Made by a program: the position numbers and the translations under genes. DNA of 63,813 nt, filler included, from Hyphochytrium catenoides (Eukaryota; Protista; Hyphochytriomycota): assembly GCA_900088475.1 (NCBI GenBank). It is 10 parts of 10 records of this genome, joined end to end, with 100 filler letters (N's around TTAATTAATTAA, not from the genome) between each part and the next. Parts side by side here need not be neighbours in the genome. Positions count along the whole stretch, not along the records: positions 48,462 to 52,889 come from FLMG01004754.1; positions 52,990 to 56,817 come from FLMG01003422.1; positions 56,918 to 58,090 come from FLMG01004590.1; positions 58,191 to 59,458 come from FLMG01002020.1; 6 more parts are not named here. One strand, given 5' to 3'. Numbering within the stretch: position 1 is the first letter of the stretch; every line of letters starts with the position of its first letter. Of this stretch, positions 48,727-59,558 are shown in pieces. The notes beneath the pieces are model-generated. The model was not told the origin of the DNA, did no database searches, and saw only the letters and a program-made list of their open reading frames with translations.

Positions 48727-51405
48727 GGGGATAGAGCACTAGGAAAAAGAATGGAGAGGAAGAAAAAAAGGAGGAGAGGATAGAATAGAGGTGGAGGACA
48801 CGGAGGCAATGAAAAGCAGGTGCATAAGCGCAAGTGAGGCTGACAAAGAAGAGAGAGACAGAGACAGAGAGACCAAACTCCTGATGATTAAAAAGAGCTC
48901 CAGGAGCATGGACACACGACAGAGCAACAGCTAACATTCAATGTCATTGTCCTCGAGGTCCAGCTTCCTCAGATTCTTCAGCAGTCCGACAGTCACTGGC
49001 AAGCTCTTCAGCCGGTTCCGGGCGGCGGACAGCTCCTGCAGCGCCACAAGGCCGCCTAACTCTTGGGGAAGATCCCAGAGCTCGTTGCCCGTCAGGTTCA
49101 GGACCTGAAGGCTCTTCAGGCGACCTATCTTTTGAGGGAGAGAGGAGAGACGGTGCCAAGGAGTCAAGGAAGACGGGGTTTGGTGGAGGTCTGGGAGGAA
49201 GGAAGATCACAAAGAGAAGGGAGAGAGAGGATCAGAGAGACAGAGAGAGAGAGAGATTAAGAGAAAGACAGAGAGTGAGAGAGAGAGAGGATGGCTACCC
49301 CTAAAGGAGGGTAAAGGTTAAGGGTAAGCTGCAAAGAAAGGAAGAGAGAGAGAGAGAGAGGGAGAGAGAGAGAGAGAGAGAGGCCATGGAACAGGATATG
49401 TTATAGGAGAGATTGAGCGCCTGGAGGCTGGTGAGATAGCCCAAACTGCTTGGCAACTTCAGGAGAAAGTTCCCTTCGAGGTCGAGCTCCAATAAATCTC
49501 CCAGACAATCTCCATCAGAAACTCCAAAAGCGTCTGCAGATATCTCTGTCATTGCATTGTGAGACAGACGGAGAATCTCCAGCTGACGAAGACGTCTCAA
49601 ATCCCCATGCAAGCGTCGGATCTTGTTATTCATGAGAAGCAGAGAACGAAGAGGAGAAAGAGAACGAAGAGATCTTGTCTCCTTATTCTCTTTGTCCTCG
49701 ACGGTCTGGCTTGAGCTTGTGGACGGTATGGCCAGCAGCTGATTGTATGAGGCGTCCAATGTCTAGAGGGAAGAGAGAAGAAGCGCAACGAAACAGACAA
49801 AGAGAGAGAGAGAGAGACAATTGGCGAGATCAGTCAAAAATCATAGCGGGAAGCAAGGGAAAGGATAGGGAAAGAGAGAGAGAGAGACGTTCGGCAAATT
49901 GATAGGCAGGAGCACCCGGTACAAGGTGAAAAGAAGAGAGAGAGACAGAGAGATCGGAAGGAGAGAGAGAGACAAAGAGACTACTCTAACCATCCTTTAT
50001 TATTCTCTCTCTCCTTCTTCCATAAGCTTCCTCCCCCATATATTAGCATCTTTGTCTCTCTTCTCTCTCACCTGCAGGAGAGGCATGAAGAACGTGTCTG
50101 TCGGCAGCTCTCGTAGCTGATTGAACTGGAACTGAAGAGAGGAAGAGCGCTCGAGGAAAGGAAGAAGCTTCTCTGGCACGGTTAACAGTCTGTTGCCTTC
50201 CACTCTGAGCACTTGGAGAAGAGAGAGAGAAGAGAGATAGCTAGGGAGAGAAGAGAGAGAGTTGCTGTGAAGATCGAGCAGGCGAAGAGAAGAGAGAGAG
50301 GAGATGACCATTGGCACTTCTGACAGCTCATTGTGATGCAGAACTAGCGCTTCCAGCTTCTCCAGACTCTTCAGGTCCATCTTCGCGCCAAGACAGGGTC
50401 CAATGGCAGCAGAGAGAGAGAGAGAGAGAGGGAGAAAGAGAGAGAGAGAGAAGAGAGAGAAGAAGGCCGGGTGGGAGAGAGGAGAAGATTGTCAGAGACA
50501 GGAGGAAAAAGAGAGAGAAAGCCGGAGAAAGAGAGCGCGGGAGAGCCGAAGAAAGGCATACAGCCAGCGAAGATTTTAAGACCGCGCCAGAGAGAGAGAG
50601 AGAGAGGGAACAGAGACTAACGCAGAGAGGATCATGGTAAGTCTTGGCAAAGCTAGAGAAGAAAAGAGAGAGGAGAGAGAGAGAAACGAGAATGCTAGAC
50701 AAAATGAAACAGAAGCTGAGGAAGCCTCAAAGAGGCCACGAGTCAAGCTCGTCTCTCTCTCTCTCTTTGTCTCTTCCTCTCACTCACTCTCTCTCACTCT
50801 CACTCTCTCTCTCTCTACGCCGTTTTGTCTGTCTCTCTCTTCGTCCCTCGCATTATCTCCTGACTTCTCTTTCATCGTCCTACCGGCAGATTGGTGAGCT
50901 TATTATGAGAGAGATCGAGATGTCTCAGGCGGCTCATCCAGAAGAAGAAGCCCTCTACAGGCAGCTTCTGCAGCCCCAGCTCAGAGAGAGAAAGAGAAGA
51001 GAGAAGCGTCAGACGGCCTCGTGCGGCTTTGGCCTGGTAGAGAGAGAGAGGAAGCGTCTTCTTTCTGTCCTGGACATCGGTGGGGAGGTCTATGTCTCCT
51101 CCTCTCTCTCTCAGTCTAAGCACCATTCGATCTTCTCTCCTCTCTTCTACTTTTCTCCACTCTTCAGCTTCTTTCTCCTTGATCTGTGTAGCAGGAGAGA
51201 AGAGACAGAGAAAGAGGAATAGAGATAGGAGAAAGGACCAGGATGGACAGAAGAGAGGTTAGAGGAGAGATGAGGAAGAGAGAGACAAGGATGGAGAGAG
51301 AGGAGAAGACAACTTAGAACATGGGTTGATGGCTGAGACAAAGTTCCCCTAGATAGCATTTGTCATGGGCATAGGTTGAAAGGAGAGAAAGAGAAAGAGG
51401 AAAAG

Positions 51406-51450
<45 letters not shown>

Positions 51451-52413
51451 AAGAAAGAAAGAGATGAAGAGAGTGGAGAGGGAAGTTTTAAGAGAGAGAG
51501 TGGAACCCAGGGAGAGATGGATAGAAGGTCAGATAGGGCAAGGTGGGATACGGAAAGAAGTCACAAGAACACTGCAGCGAAGAAACGGAGATGGGAAGAG
51601 AGAGAGAGACAAGGAGAGAGAGAGAGGGATGGCGGTAGGCGCGTTCCACACCTGTTTATTGACTCTGAGGCTCATCTCTTCCTTGGCTGTCTCCGCTTCC
51701 ATCTGCATCTTTGCCTTCAGTTCCTGTGCCTGCCTCTTCTGCAGCACTAACAGCCGCTGAGCCTTCCTCCTCCAGAGCTCCTGAGCCTTTGAAGAGAGAC
51801 CACTCGCCACTCTTGCGCCGATGACATCTCTCTCTCCTTTTTCTCTCTTCTGCCGGCGTCTCTCTTGCTGTCTCTTCCGAAGTTCTGACGCCTCAATGGC
51901 CACTCTTTCTCGAAGAAGAAGAAGCGTCTTCCGGAGCTCTTCATCTTCCTCTTTCACGGCCTGACGGAGCCGGGGATTGTTCTCATCGGAGACCGGGATG
52001 CCGATGATGTTCAGAGCGACGGGGATCTTTCTCTTTTCCAACTGCGGAGAGCAAGAACGACAGGGACAGAGAGAAAGATGAGAGGGAGAGAGAGACAGAG
52101 AGACAAAGAATCAGAGAGACAGAGAGAGAAAAAGAGAGAGAAAGGAAGAAGGAGAGGCAAAAGTGGACAGAAAAGGAAGGGAACGAAGAGAAAGACCGCC
52201 GTAGAAAGGAGACTGGAAACAATAAGAGAGAGGAAAAAGGGAACAGGGAGAGAGAGGTAAACGTCGAAGCAGACGGAAAGAGTAGAAACCCATCTCGAGA
52301 AAGGAGACGAAAGGGAGAGAGGAGAGGTTCGCATGAACAGAAACAGCCAGCAAAGAGAGAAAGGAAGGCCCGTAGAAGAGAGGAGACTAAGAGAGAGCGA
52401 GAGCGAGAGCGAG

Positions 52414-52471
<58 letters not shown>

Positions 52472-52838
52472 ACAACACAGAGAGAGAGAAGGACAACACA
52501 GAGAGGGAGAGAGAGAGAAGGACAACACAGAAAGAGAGAGAGAGAGAGAAGGACAACACAGAGAGGGAGAGAGAGAGAGAGAAAACAAGAAGAGAGGGAG
52601 AGAGAGAGAAAGAGAAGAGAGGTCTATGCCTCACCTCGGCAGCACTGCTGCATATGTTCTCACTCCAGGTCCATACAAACTGCTTATAACCGATCGTCCT
52701 CTCGTTCTCTTTCCCTCTCCCACTCTCAAAAGAAGGAAGAACGTTCCTGATGACGCTGTGAAGGCTGCTCTCTCTCCCTTTCGTCTCCTCTCCTTCTTTT
52801 TCCTTTCTTTCTTTCTTTCTTCTCTTCTTCTCCTCCAA
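48462..52838 (-). CDS. Leucine-rich repeat protein (partial), coiled-coil N-region followed by many typical LRRs; contains an AT-AC intron
   Basis: Repeated LxxLxLxxNxLxxLP units, e.g. LRHLDLSHNKLTNLP, LRLLDLHSNSLSSLP, LQALNLSYN|RLSSLP, LQVLNLTGNELWDLP and LRMLDLSRNRFQVLP. The gene runs off the contig. Confidence 0.9.
49153..49399 (-). other. U12-type AT-AC intron in the LRR gene
   Basis: 5' splice site ATATCCTGT at 49399; branch TTCCTTGAC at 49171-49163; 3' splice site CAC at 49155-49153. Removal restores the perfect repeat LNLSYN|RLSSLPQKIGRL. I found no GT/AG pair at the required junction. Confidence 0.9.
52466..52580. repeat. Intronic minisatellite, four copies of GAAGGACAACACAGA embedded in (GA)n
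   Basis: Visible directly. Confidence 0.85.
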
Positions 52839-53479
52839 CTGTCTCTTTCTCTCCTTTCTCTCTCTCTCCAGTGCCGCTGAGAAGGCAGANNNNNNNNNNN
52901 NNNNNNNNNNNNNNNNNNNNNNNNNNNNNNNNNTTAATTAATTAANNNNNNNNNNNNNNNNNNNNNNNNNNNNNNNNNNNNNNNNNNNNTCTTTCCCTTG
53001 CTGTTGCCTACGCACTATAAGCTGGCGGGTTCTACGCCCGTTGTCTACTGGCACTTGGCTGCAATATGCGTATGGGCTGCGGGACTTCTTGCACCATTTT
53101 CTTATGGGCGTTATTCCGCTTGTTCAGTATGCATGTCAGCGTCGAGCCTCTCTCAGTGCTCTACTTCCTGTCTCTCATCAGCTAACTCTTTTATAATAAT
53201 AAAGTAAGGTTATTAACAAATACTAGCACATCACCCTTTCCGTTGAGGCTTATCATCAACTCAAGAGAGTATAAGTCCCAGACCGTCTTCTTCCCTTAGA
53301 GTTGCTGCGTCAATGCTGAGGGATGCTATAAAAGCTGGAAGCACAGGGGTGGAGACAGCAAGGGCGCCTTCTTCCTTCTAAGAATTTGGTTACCTACAAG
53401 GAGTAGCTGCAGCGTCGCAACTAAGGAAGATGATGATCAGTAGCCCTAGTAGGACGCATCCGATAACCAAGAAGTGACA

Positions 53480-55010
53480 TGTCTCATGGTATCGTGTCTA
53501 GAGCTGAGGAAGAAGAGAAGCTTCAAGGTAGGAAGAGGGGAGAACCGCTCAATGAAGATGTTGGCTAGTGAAGACGATAGCCAAGAACATGTGTTCCATA
53601 CTATCGTAGGTAGAGGCGCGAGAAGAAGAGAAGCCTCAAGCAGGGCATAGAGAGAGAAGGGCCGTTCAATGACGTTTGGAGAGTTCCTAGGCCGCCAGTA
53701 GGAACATCGTCGCAGCTTCCTCCATCATCTTTCCTATCCTTTGAAGCTTCCCAGAGTTACTTGTCTCTTCTCTCGCCCAGGTTTCCTCCCAATTCATCTA
53801 GTTCCCCTTCTCTTTCTTTCACTGCGTCTCCCTTCTTCTTTCCTCTCGCTTACTCATCCTCGGGGTCCCGGGCATCAGAGGGCTCCTTGCATGCGGCTGT
53901 TATATGCTAACAACCGACCACTGATGATGATCAATCTACAAGCTTCACTACAGGCTCAGGCATGCCTTCGTACAGGTTAACCTTCATTGACTGTCAGTTC
54001 CCACATAACCTTTGCTCCTTCCGGGAAGACATAAGAGTGCACAAGGACCCGCTCTGCTCCCAGCGACGACTGAAGACTTCACGTAGGACACCTCTGCCAT
54101 CTGAAAACTCCCCACCTATGACGTACGCCTTCAGCAACGCAGTGCAGCTCACTCTATATGGTAGCACTCCAGCCTCAGCAGGGCATTCGCTGTTACAAGG
54201 TCTCATGGTCACTCTGAAAGGTACCTATGGAACCGTAGCCTCTAACACCAGGAGCTCATTGAACAGCGTAGAATCCGACGTCACTCCTAGGCACATGTTT
54301 CGCAGAGACACGTTTGCCTTCTCGAGGTCTCCAGGATTATGAACCTTTTCAGCGACTCAGAGCAACTGAACTCATCGGGATTCACTCCAGCCTCACAGGC
54401 ATGCGCTTTTGGGGCATCTCATCCATTCCGTCGCTAGAAGTGAAAAGCAGTCGGCTTCACTCCTAGCGACGGAAGTTTCTCACGCACGAAGAACTCTGTT
54501 TTCAAGCTCTTCGGTCTTGCTCTACGCCGTAAGCACCTTAGCACCAGTCTGACCCACAGAGCTAGTTCACTTCAGCTGCTTGCTTGTCAAGGGCCTTCTC
54601 AACAGGGTAAAATGCTTTGCAGCGATATCCTTGCCAATCCGTCGCTTGTAGCCAAGACTGGACCTGACTTGTCCCTATCGATTACGCCGTCCTACTTCCC
54701 GTATGCCGGCGATTGGTGCCTCCCTGCTAAACAGGGGTTGTCATGGACAGGGTCCTACGACAGACTTCCTCTCCCCATGGACCAAGCCTTGGCCTATGCG
54801 GTCGCTCCGTGAGAGAGGTCCATGTCAACAAGCTAATGAGGTCGAGGTAGCTTTTCATGCTGATGGGCCTCCTGCAAACTATGGTATCATCCCCCTCCAA
54901 GTAGAGATGGCCCAAGTCCGATAGTAGTTCGGCGAGCCAGCCAGCACACCCAGCCATGCATTTCATAGTGTATCTGCGCATCATCGTGGGCTAGCCCAGG
55001 AGGAATCCTC
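53480..55010. other. Degenerate repeat-containing region, possibly a mobile-element relic
   Basis: No long ORF. Diverged direct repeats at about 53509/53620 and about 54130/54348, plus a 19-bp inverted repeat at 54426-54474. Confidence 0.3.
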
Positions 55011-55245
55011 TGCACCTCCTCTCTGAAAGAGCTTGCTCTTTCACAAGGACGAACTGCTGCCAAGCGCCGAGCAGCAGTAGAACAAATCGCAATGACTGCG
55101 AGCTGACAGATTGAGATGTCTCTTTCTTCCAGCGGCGCCGCTATAAAATGACAGAGTTCTAGGAAAGGTTTTTACCTTAGGATTCAATTTGAAGAAAATG
55201 CTGAGATTCTTGCTAGATCGGAACAGACAGAAGGGGAAAAAAATT

Positions 55246-55319
55246 TGACCTGCCTGGGACTTGAACCCAGAATCTCTTGATCCGTAGTCAAGCGCCTTAT
55301 CCAATTGGGCCAACAGGCC
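55246..55319 (-). tRNA. tRNA-Arg(ACG)
   Basis: The reverse complement is identical to the 55469 copy and is followed by a T-run terminator. Confidence 0.95.
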
Positions 55320-55468
55320 ATTGTTGAGTTCCTCGAGAATAGCCTCGATATACAATCTCCGCTATCCCAGAGTAGCCGTCTTCAATTTGTCCCAGGGGAG
55401 CACTGAGATGGAGTTTGATGTTGCTGTGAGGTACTTCGGTTCTGGCAAAACAGATAGCCTTCAGCAAT

Positions 55469-55542
55469 GGCCTGTTGGCCCAATTGGATAAGGCGCTTGA
55501 CTACGGATCAAGAGATTCTGGGTTCAAGTCCCAGGCAGGTCA
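55469..55542 (+). tRNA. tRNA-Arg(ACG)
   Basis: Acceptor stem GGCCTGT/GCAGGTC; anticodon arm CTTGA-CTACGGA-TCAAG; T arm CTGGG-TTCAAGT-CCCAG; T6 at 55547-55552. Confidence 0.95.
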
Positions 55543-55846
55543 AATCTTTTTTCGTCTTCTTTTCAGAACTCTGTCCTCGCTACAAATAGAACTGAAGATT
55601 GCCGATGAAGATTATTGCGTCTCTGAGTCTCTAACGTCTGGAGCATCGTACGTGGCTTGGTCACCCTGATGCTCGTTGGACAGATACAGGCCCTGCTACT
55701 GTACATCGTTTGATAGCGGTGGAATTTTCGTCCAAGGGAAGCTCATTTCCCTGACGCGTATACTTCCCAGGGTAGCTGTCAACGAAGCGGTAGCTGACTC
55801 ATGTACAACGGCGATGGAATGGAGTAGCATGGCGCATATATAACAG

Positions 55847-56627
55847 AGCTATGTCGACAATCTCAGAAAGAAAGAAGATGTCTCCCTCCTATGCTTGGCT
55901 GTCACGGAGAGTCTCTACGACCACTCTATCTTTGAATCTGTGGAAATTCGTGTTTGTGGCAGTTCTTCTGCTTGCAGCGCAGGGAAGGAGGAGCTTCTGC
56001 GCGCAAGCGGACTACATTTGCAGAGATGTAAGGGTCACTCTCACTTTATATCGCTTGTTCATTATAAGAGTATGTTGGCCACCACCTTCTTGGCTTATTC
56101 CCATTCTCTACGCTCTCTCTGGTTCTTGCTAGCTTTGTCATGCTCCTTCCTGCTTGGCCTCAAACTTCTAGTCGTCCTGAGCTTCGCTTCAGTTCACCTT
56201 AGGCTTCCCTACACCCTGCATGAAGACCGAGATCAAGCCCAATGCCAAGTACTTTTGCAGATTTGCATGTGCTATGGGAGGCTCCGAGGTACCTGTCGTT
56301 CGCTCCCTATTTGCTCTTCTTCTCTCCCCCACTCCATGGTTGTTGCCTCTCTTCTGTTCTTTGAAGGAACCTCCTCGTGCACTTTCATGGACTCTCCGGG
56401 AAGAGGAGGTTGTTCATTTCTCCTTGCCCACTTTGTTATTGCTTTCAGTATGCTTCTTGTTCCTTCTCCTGTCCTGGAGATGTCCGCCGAGAGAGGAGAG
56501 AGACACATCTATACTGAAGGAAGAGAGAGAGACAAACAGACAGAGAGAGAAAGAGAGCCAGATTGTCCTAATCGAGCCTCCTCCTGCTAGCCATGGCTTC
56601 AGCTCTATGTTCCTGATTCTTCTCTAG
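55847..56627 (+). CDS. Uncharacterised spliced gene fragment
   Basis: Three phase-compatible GT-AG exons: SYVDNLRKKEDVSLLCLAVTESLYD...LHLQR|CFPTPCMKTEIKPNAKYFCRFACAMGGSE|PWLQLYVPDSSL. Confidence 0.4.
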
Positions 56628-56917
56628 GTAGGAGCTTCCTTCGATGTGCCGTTGTCTTCCTGTCTTTAGAACTTATTTCCATCTTCCTAAGTTGCCCTCG
56701 AAGAGGTGCTCCCTCCATCTCTCAAAGGTCCCCTAGAGTTCTTTCCATGCAGCCTTGCTTGCCCCTTACCTCTCTTGATAGCGATGGCAGATAGTGGGGA
56801 CGCTCTATCTCTCCTACNNNNNNNNNNNNNNNNNNNNNNNNNNNNNNNNNNNNNNNNNNNNTTAATTAATTAANNNNNNNNNNNNNNNNNNNNNNNNNNN
56901 NNNNNNNNNNNNNNNNN

Positions 56918-57231
56918 ATAACGTACACAGCCTGGAAGATATAAAGGCAGAACTACAGAGAAAAAAAGATAAAGGCAACCACCATAAGCGTTTGAGGAAG
57001 GTAGAAAGAGGAATGAAGAAGGGAAGAGAGACAGAAGAGGAAGAGAGAGAGAGAGAAAGAGAGAGGGAGGGAGAGGGAGAGAGAGAAAGAGAGAGCGAAG
57101 TGATAAGGCGGCGTATCTGAACAGGAAGCGGGAAGAGAGAGGTTATGCACAACGCCTTTTGCATTGGGGGGCGGCTTACAAGTCCAAGAGACACAGTTCA
57201 ATCTACTTAAGGGATGGAAAAGCGACAGAAA

Positions 57232-57266
<35 letters not shown>

Positions 57267-57479
57267 AACTTAATGGGCGAAAGGGTTAGAAATAGTACCT
57301 GAATCATTTGGAACTGCGTGATGTATGGCTTCCAGGGCGCTCTGATGCCAAAGCTGGCGAGGAAATAGTAGCCATACATAAAGACATGCACCTGGCAAGC
57401 ACCGAAGGAACGTGAGCCGATGCGGAGAGCTATGTAAACATTTTGCTTCTATCCTCGTTGTTCCTCTTTGCTATCTTTT

Positions 57480-57520
<41 letters not shown>

Positions 57521-57894
57521 AGCTTAGGTCATTTCATGTGGCGAGGAAAGAAGTGCAGGACTGAAGTACTTACCAGGGAGTTCAAGAAGCAGCAAAAGTA
57601 CTCATCGCCTGCAGCAGATGAAGGCAGAGTCCCAAGTGACAGAGCAGAAAAGAAGAGACAACGGGAGAGAGATGGGGAGAGAGATAGTTTAAGGGAGACA
57701 GAGAAAGTAAGGAACCAAAAGGAAGAGACAGAAGCTTAGCAACCTATCAAACTAGCGAGCTAGTGCAGGGATCCGTGCCAACCTCCAGGTCCATAGGCAA
57801 AGTTGAGATACCAGGTCGGGAAGAAAGTGGTGGCGTGATGATAGACGTGCAAGAAGGAGATCTGGTGGAAGTTCTTCTTAAGGATCATGATAAA
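56918..57894 (-). CDS. ELO/GNS1/SUR4 fatty-acid elongase (internal fragment, PUFA-elongase-like)
   Basis: FIMILKK..QISFLHVYHH (histidine box), YGPGG|DEYFCCFLNSL|VHVFMYGYY and WKPYITQFQMIQ|F. Confidence 0.93.
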
Positions 57895-58228
57895 CTGGTA
57901 TGGAGAGAGAGAGAGTGAGGAGAGAGAGAGAGAGAAAGATAAAGAGAGAGAGGAACAGAAAGAGGACAACAAAAGATAGGTCGTCAGATGCTTTACGACC
58001 CTTTCCTTGCCTTTCCCTAACATTTACGTAAGCGTTTCCTCTCTTCCTCCTGTGTCTCCTCCCTCTCTTCGTGCTTGTCTCTACTATTTTNNNNNNNNNN
58101 NNNNNNNNNNNNNNNNNNNNNNNNNNNNNNNNNNTTAATTAATTAANNNNNNNNNNNNNNNNNNNNNNNNNNNNNNNNNNNNNNNNNNNNTTCAGGTAAC
58201 TTCGAACCCGGCTTGACCAGATAGAATA

Positions 58229-59309
58229 TGTTGGAATCTATGGGATGATTGGACAATGTCATTAGATGAGAGTGCTCTACTTATTGCGAGCCCGAAGGGC
58301 GAGCCTCAATTTCAACCCACAGGGGCTCCAGCACAAATGGACTTTTTCGTGTTGTTGTCTGTGTGTCTGTCTGTCTGTGTGTCTGTCTGTGAGCAAAATT
58401 TCACTATTTGGTTATTCACTAATCACTGTTTGGGCTCTTTCCTTTGGTTAGGGTCTGGATGTAATTTGGGTACATATAAAGGGGTTAAAGTATAAGCGAA
58501 AGGGGGTTTTTGAAACTAACTCGAATTTGTAACGCGAGACGTATCACTATAAACCGAGACACATCGCGTGCGTCCACGGGAATTTGTGTTGTATCCTCAT
58601 TCTACCTGAGACGCATCACCTCCTATCCTGTATATCTAGCTTTAGGAGCTAATTGTAGAGGTAACACGTCACGCGACTCCTGCAGCAGTCGAGAGTTGAG
58701 AAAGTTTCACCCTTCACTCACTCAGTCACTCACTCACGACTCTTCTGAAGAAAGCGTGGGTGAGCGAGTAGAGAGATCCTTTAGAGTGTGCCTACCTAGA
58801 GGAAATAAATGATAGAACTACACATATGATGTAGGAGGAATGAAGAGCTCCTGCTGTTACTTGTAGTTCTACAACTAGGAAATCAGTGAGCGAAGCATCT
58901 TCGCTAATAATGCAGCCGAAGGCTGGATTACGCACTATTAACGTCGGGTGAGCCCCATGCGAAGCCTAAAGCTATTGATAAGCCCAACTGGGGTCCCATA
59001 ATCTAGAGCTATTCTGACTATGCCAACTATTCCTAATAAACCCTAAGATATGGAGGTATAGAGATATCCCTGTCTAGAATAGTCAGTCCTGAAGGTATTC
59101 CTGGGTACTGGCCATGAGCCATAGATATAAACAGGGACATTTCGTTTGCTTCATATCTCGGCTTCTACTGGGAGTTTGGAGCTGAAACTTTGGTAATTAA
59201 GCTTGTCAGCTTGTCGTCCTCATGGCTGTGCCCTCAGACTGCAACACCTCCCCGCAGCTCGAACTCGTATTGTGAAGGGCCGAAGCTGAACCTTCAACAC
59301 CTCCCCGCA
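58229..59309 (-). mobile_element. Putative Ty1/copia LTR (about 1.0 kb) with upstream polypurine tract
   Basis: On the minus strand GCGGGGAGG is followed by TGTTG (59246, duplicated at 59299) and the segment ends in CAACA at 58229. A TGG-starting PBS-like sequence follows 9 nt later. CTGCGGGGAGGTGTTG reads LRGGV, like copia pol ends. Confidence 0.6.
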
Positions 59310-59558
59310 TGCTGTAGACCCGCTAGAAAGAGATTGCTTGGTTCTTGGGTTCCCATTGCACACATTTCTCGATGTACGATGAACAGCGAGGTTGGCGAGA
59401 TGTGGTTTCCTTAGCCTCTTTGATAAACGCGTCGAGATCTCCAGAAAATTCCACATTCNNNNNNNNNNNNNNNNNNNNNNNNNNNNNNNNNNNNNNNNNN
59501 NNTTAATTAATTAANNNNNNNNNNNNNNNNNNNNNNNNNNNNNNNNNNNNNNNNNNNN

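Noticed and set aside
52380-52620. CRISPR-like repeat/spacer appearance
   Set aside because: It is an intronic minisatellite with (GA)n spacers in a eukaryotic gene, with no cas genes.
55041-55669. Two ORFs sharing the peptide AQLDKALDYGSRDSGFKSQAGQ
   Set aside because: They are translations of the two tRNA-Arg genes.
58800-59150. Visually TpA-rich repeat DNA suggesting RIP-like mutation
   Set aside because: I could not quantify it by eye, and the copia gag shows frameshifts rather than many nonsense changes. It needs dinucleotide indices and multi-copy alignment.
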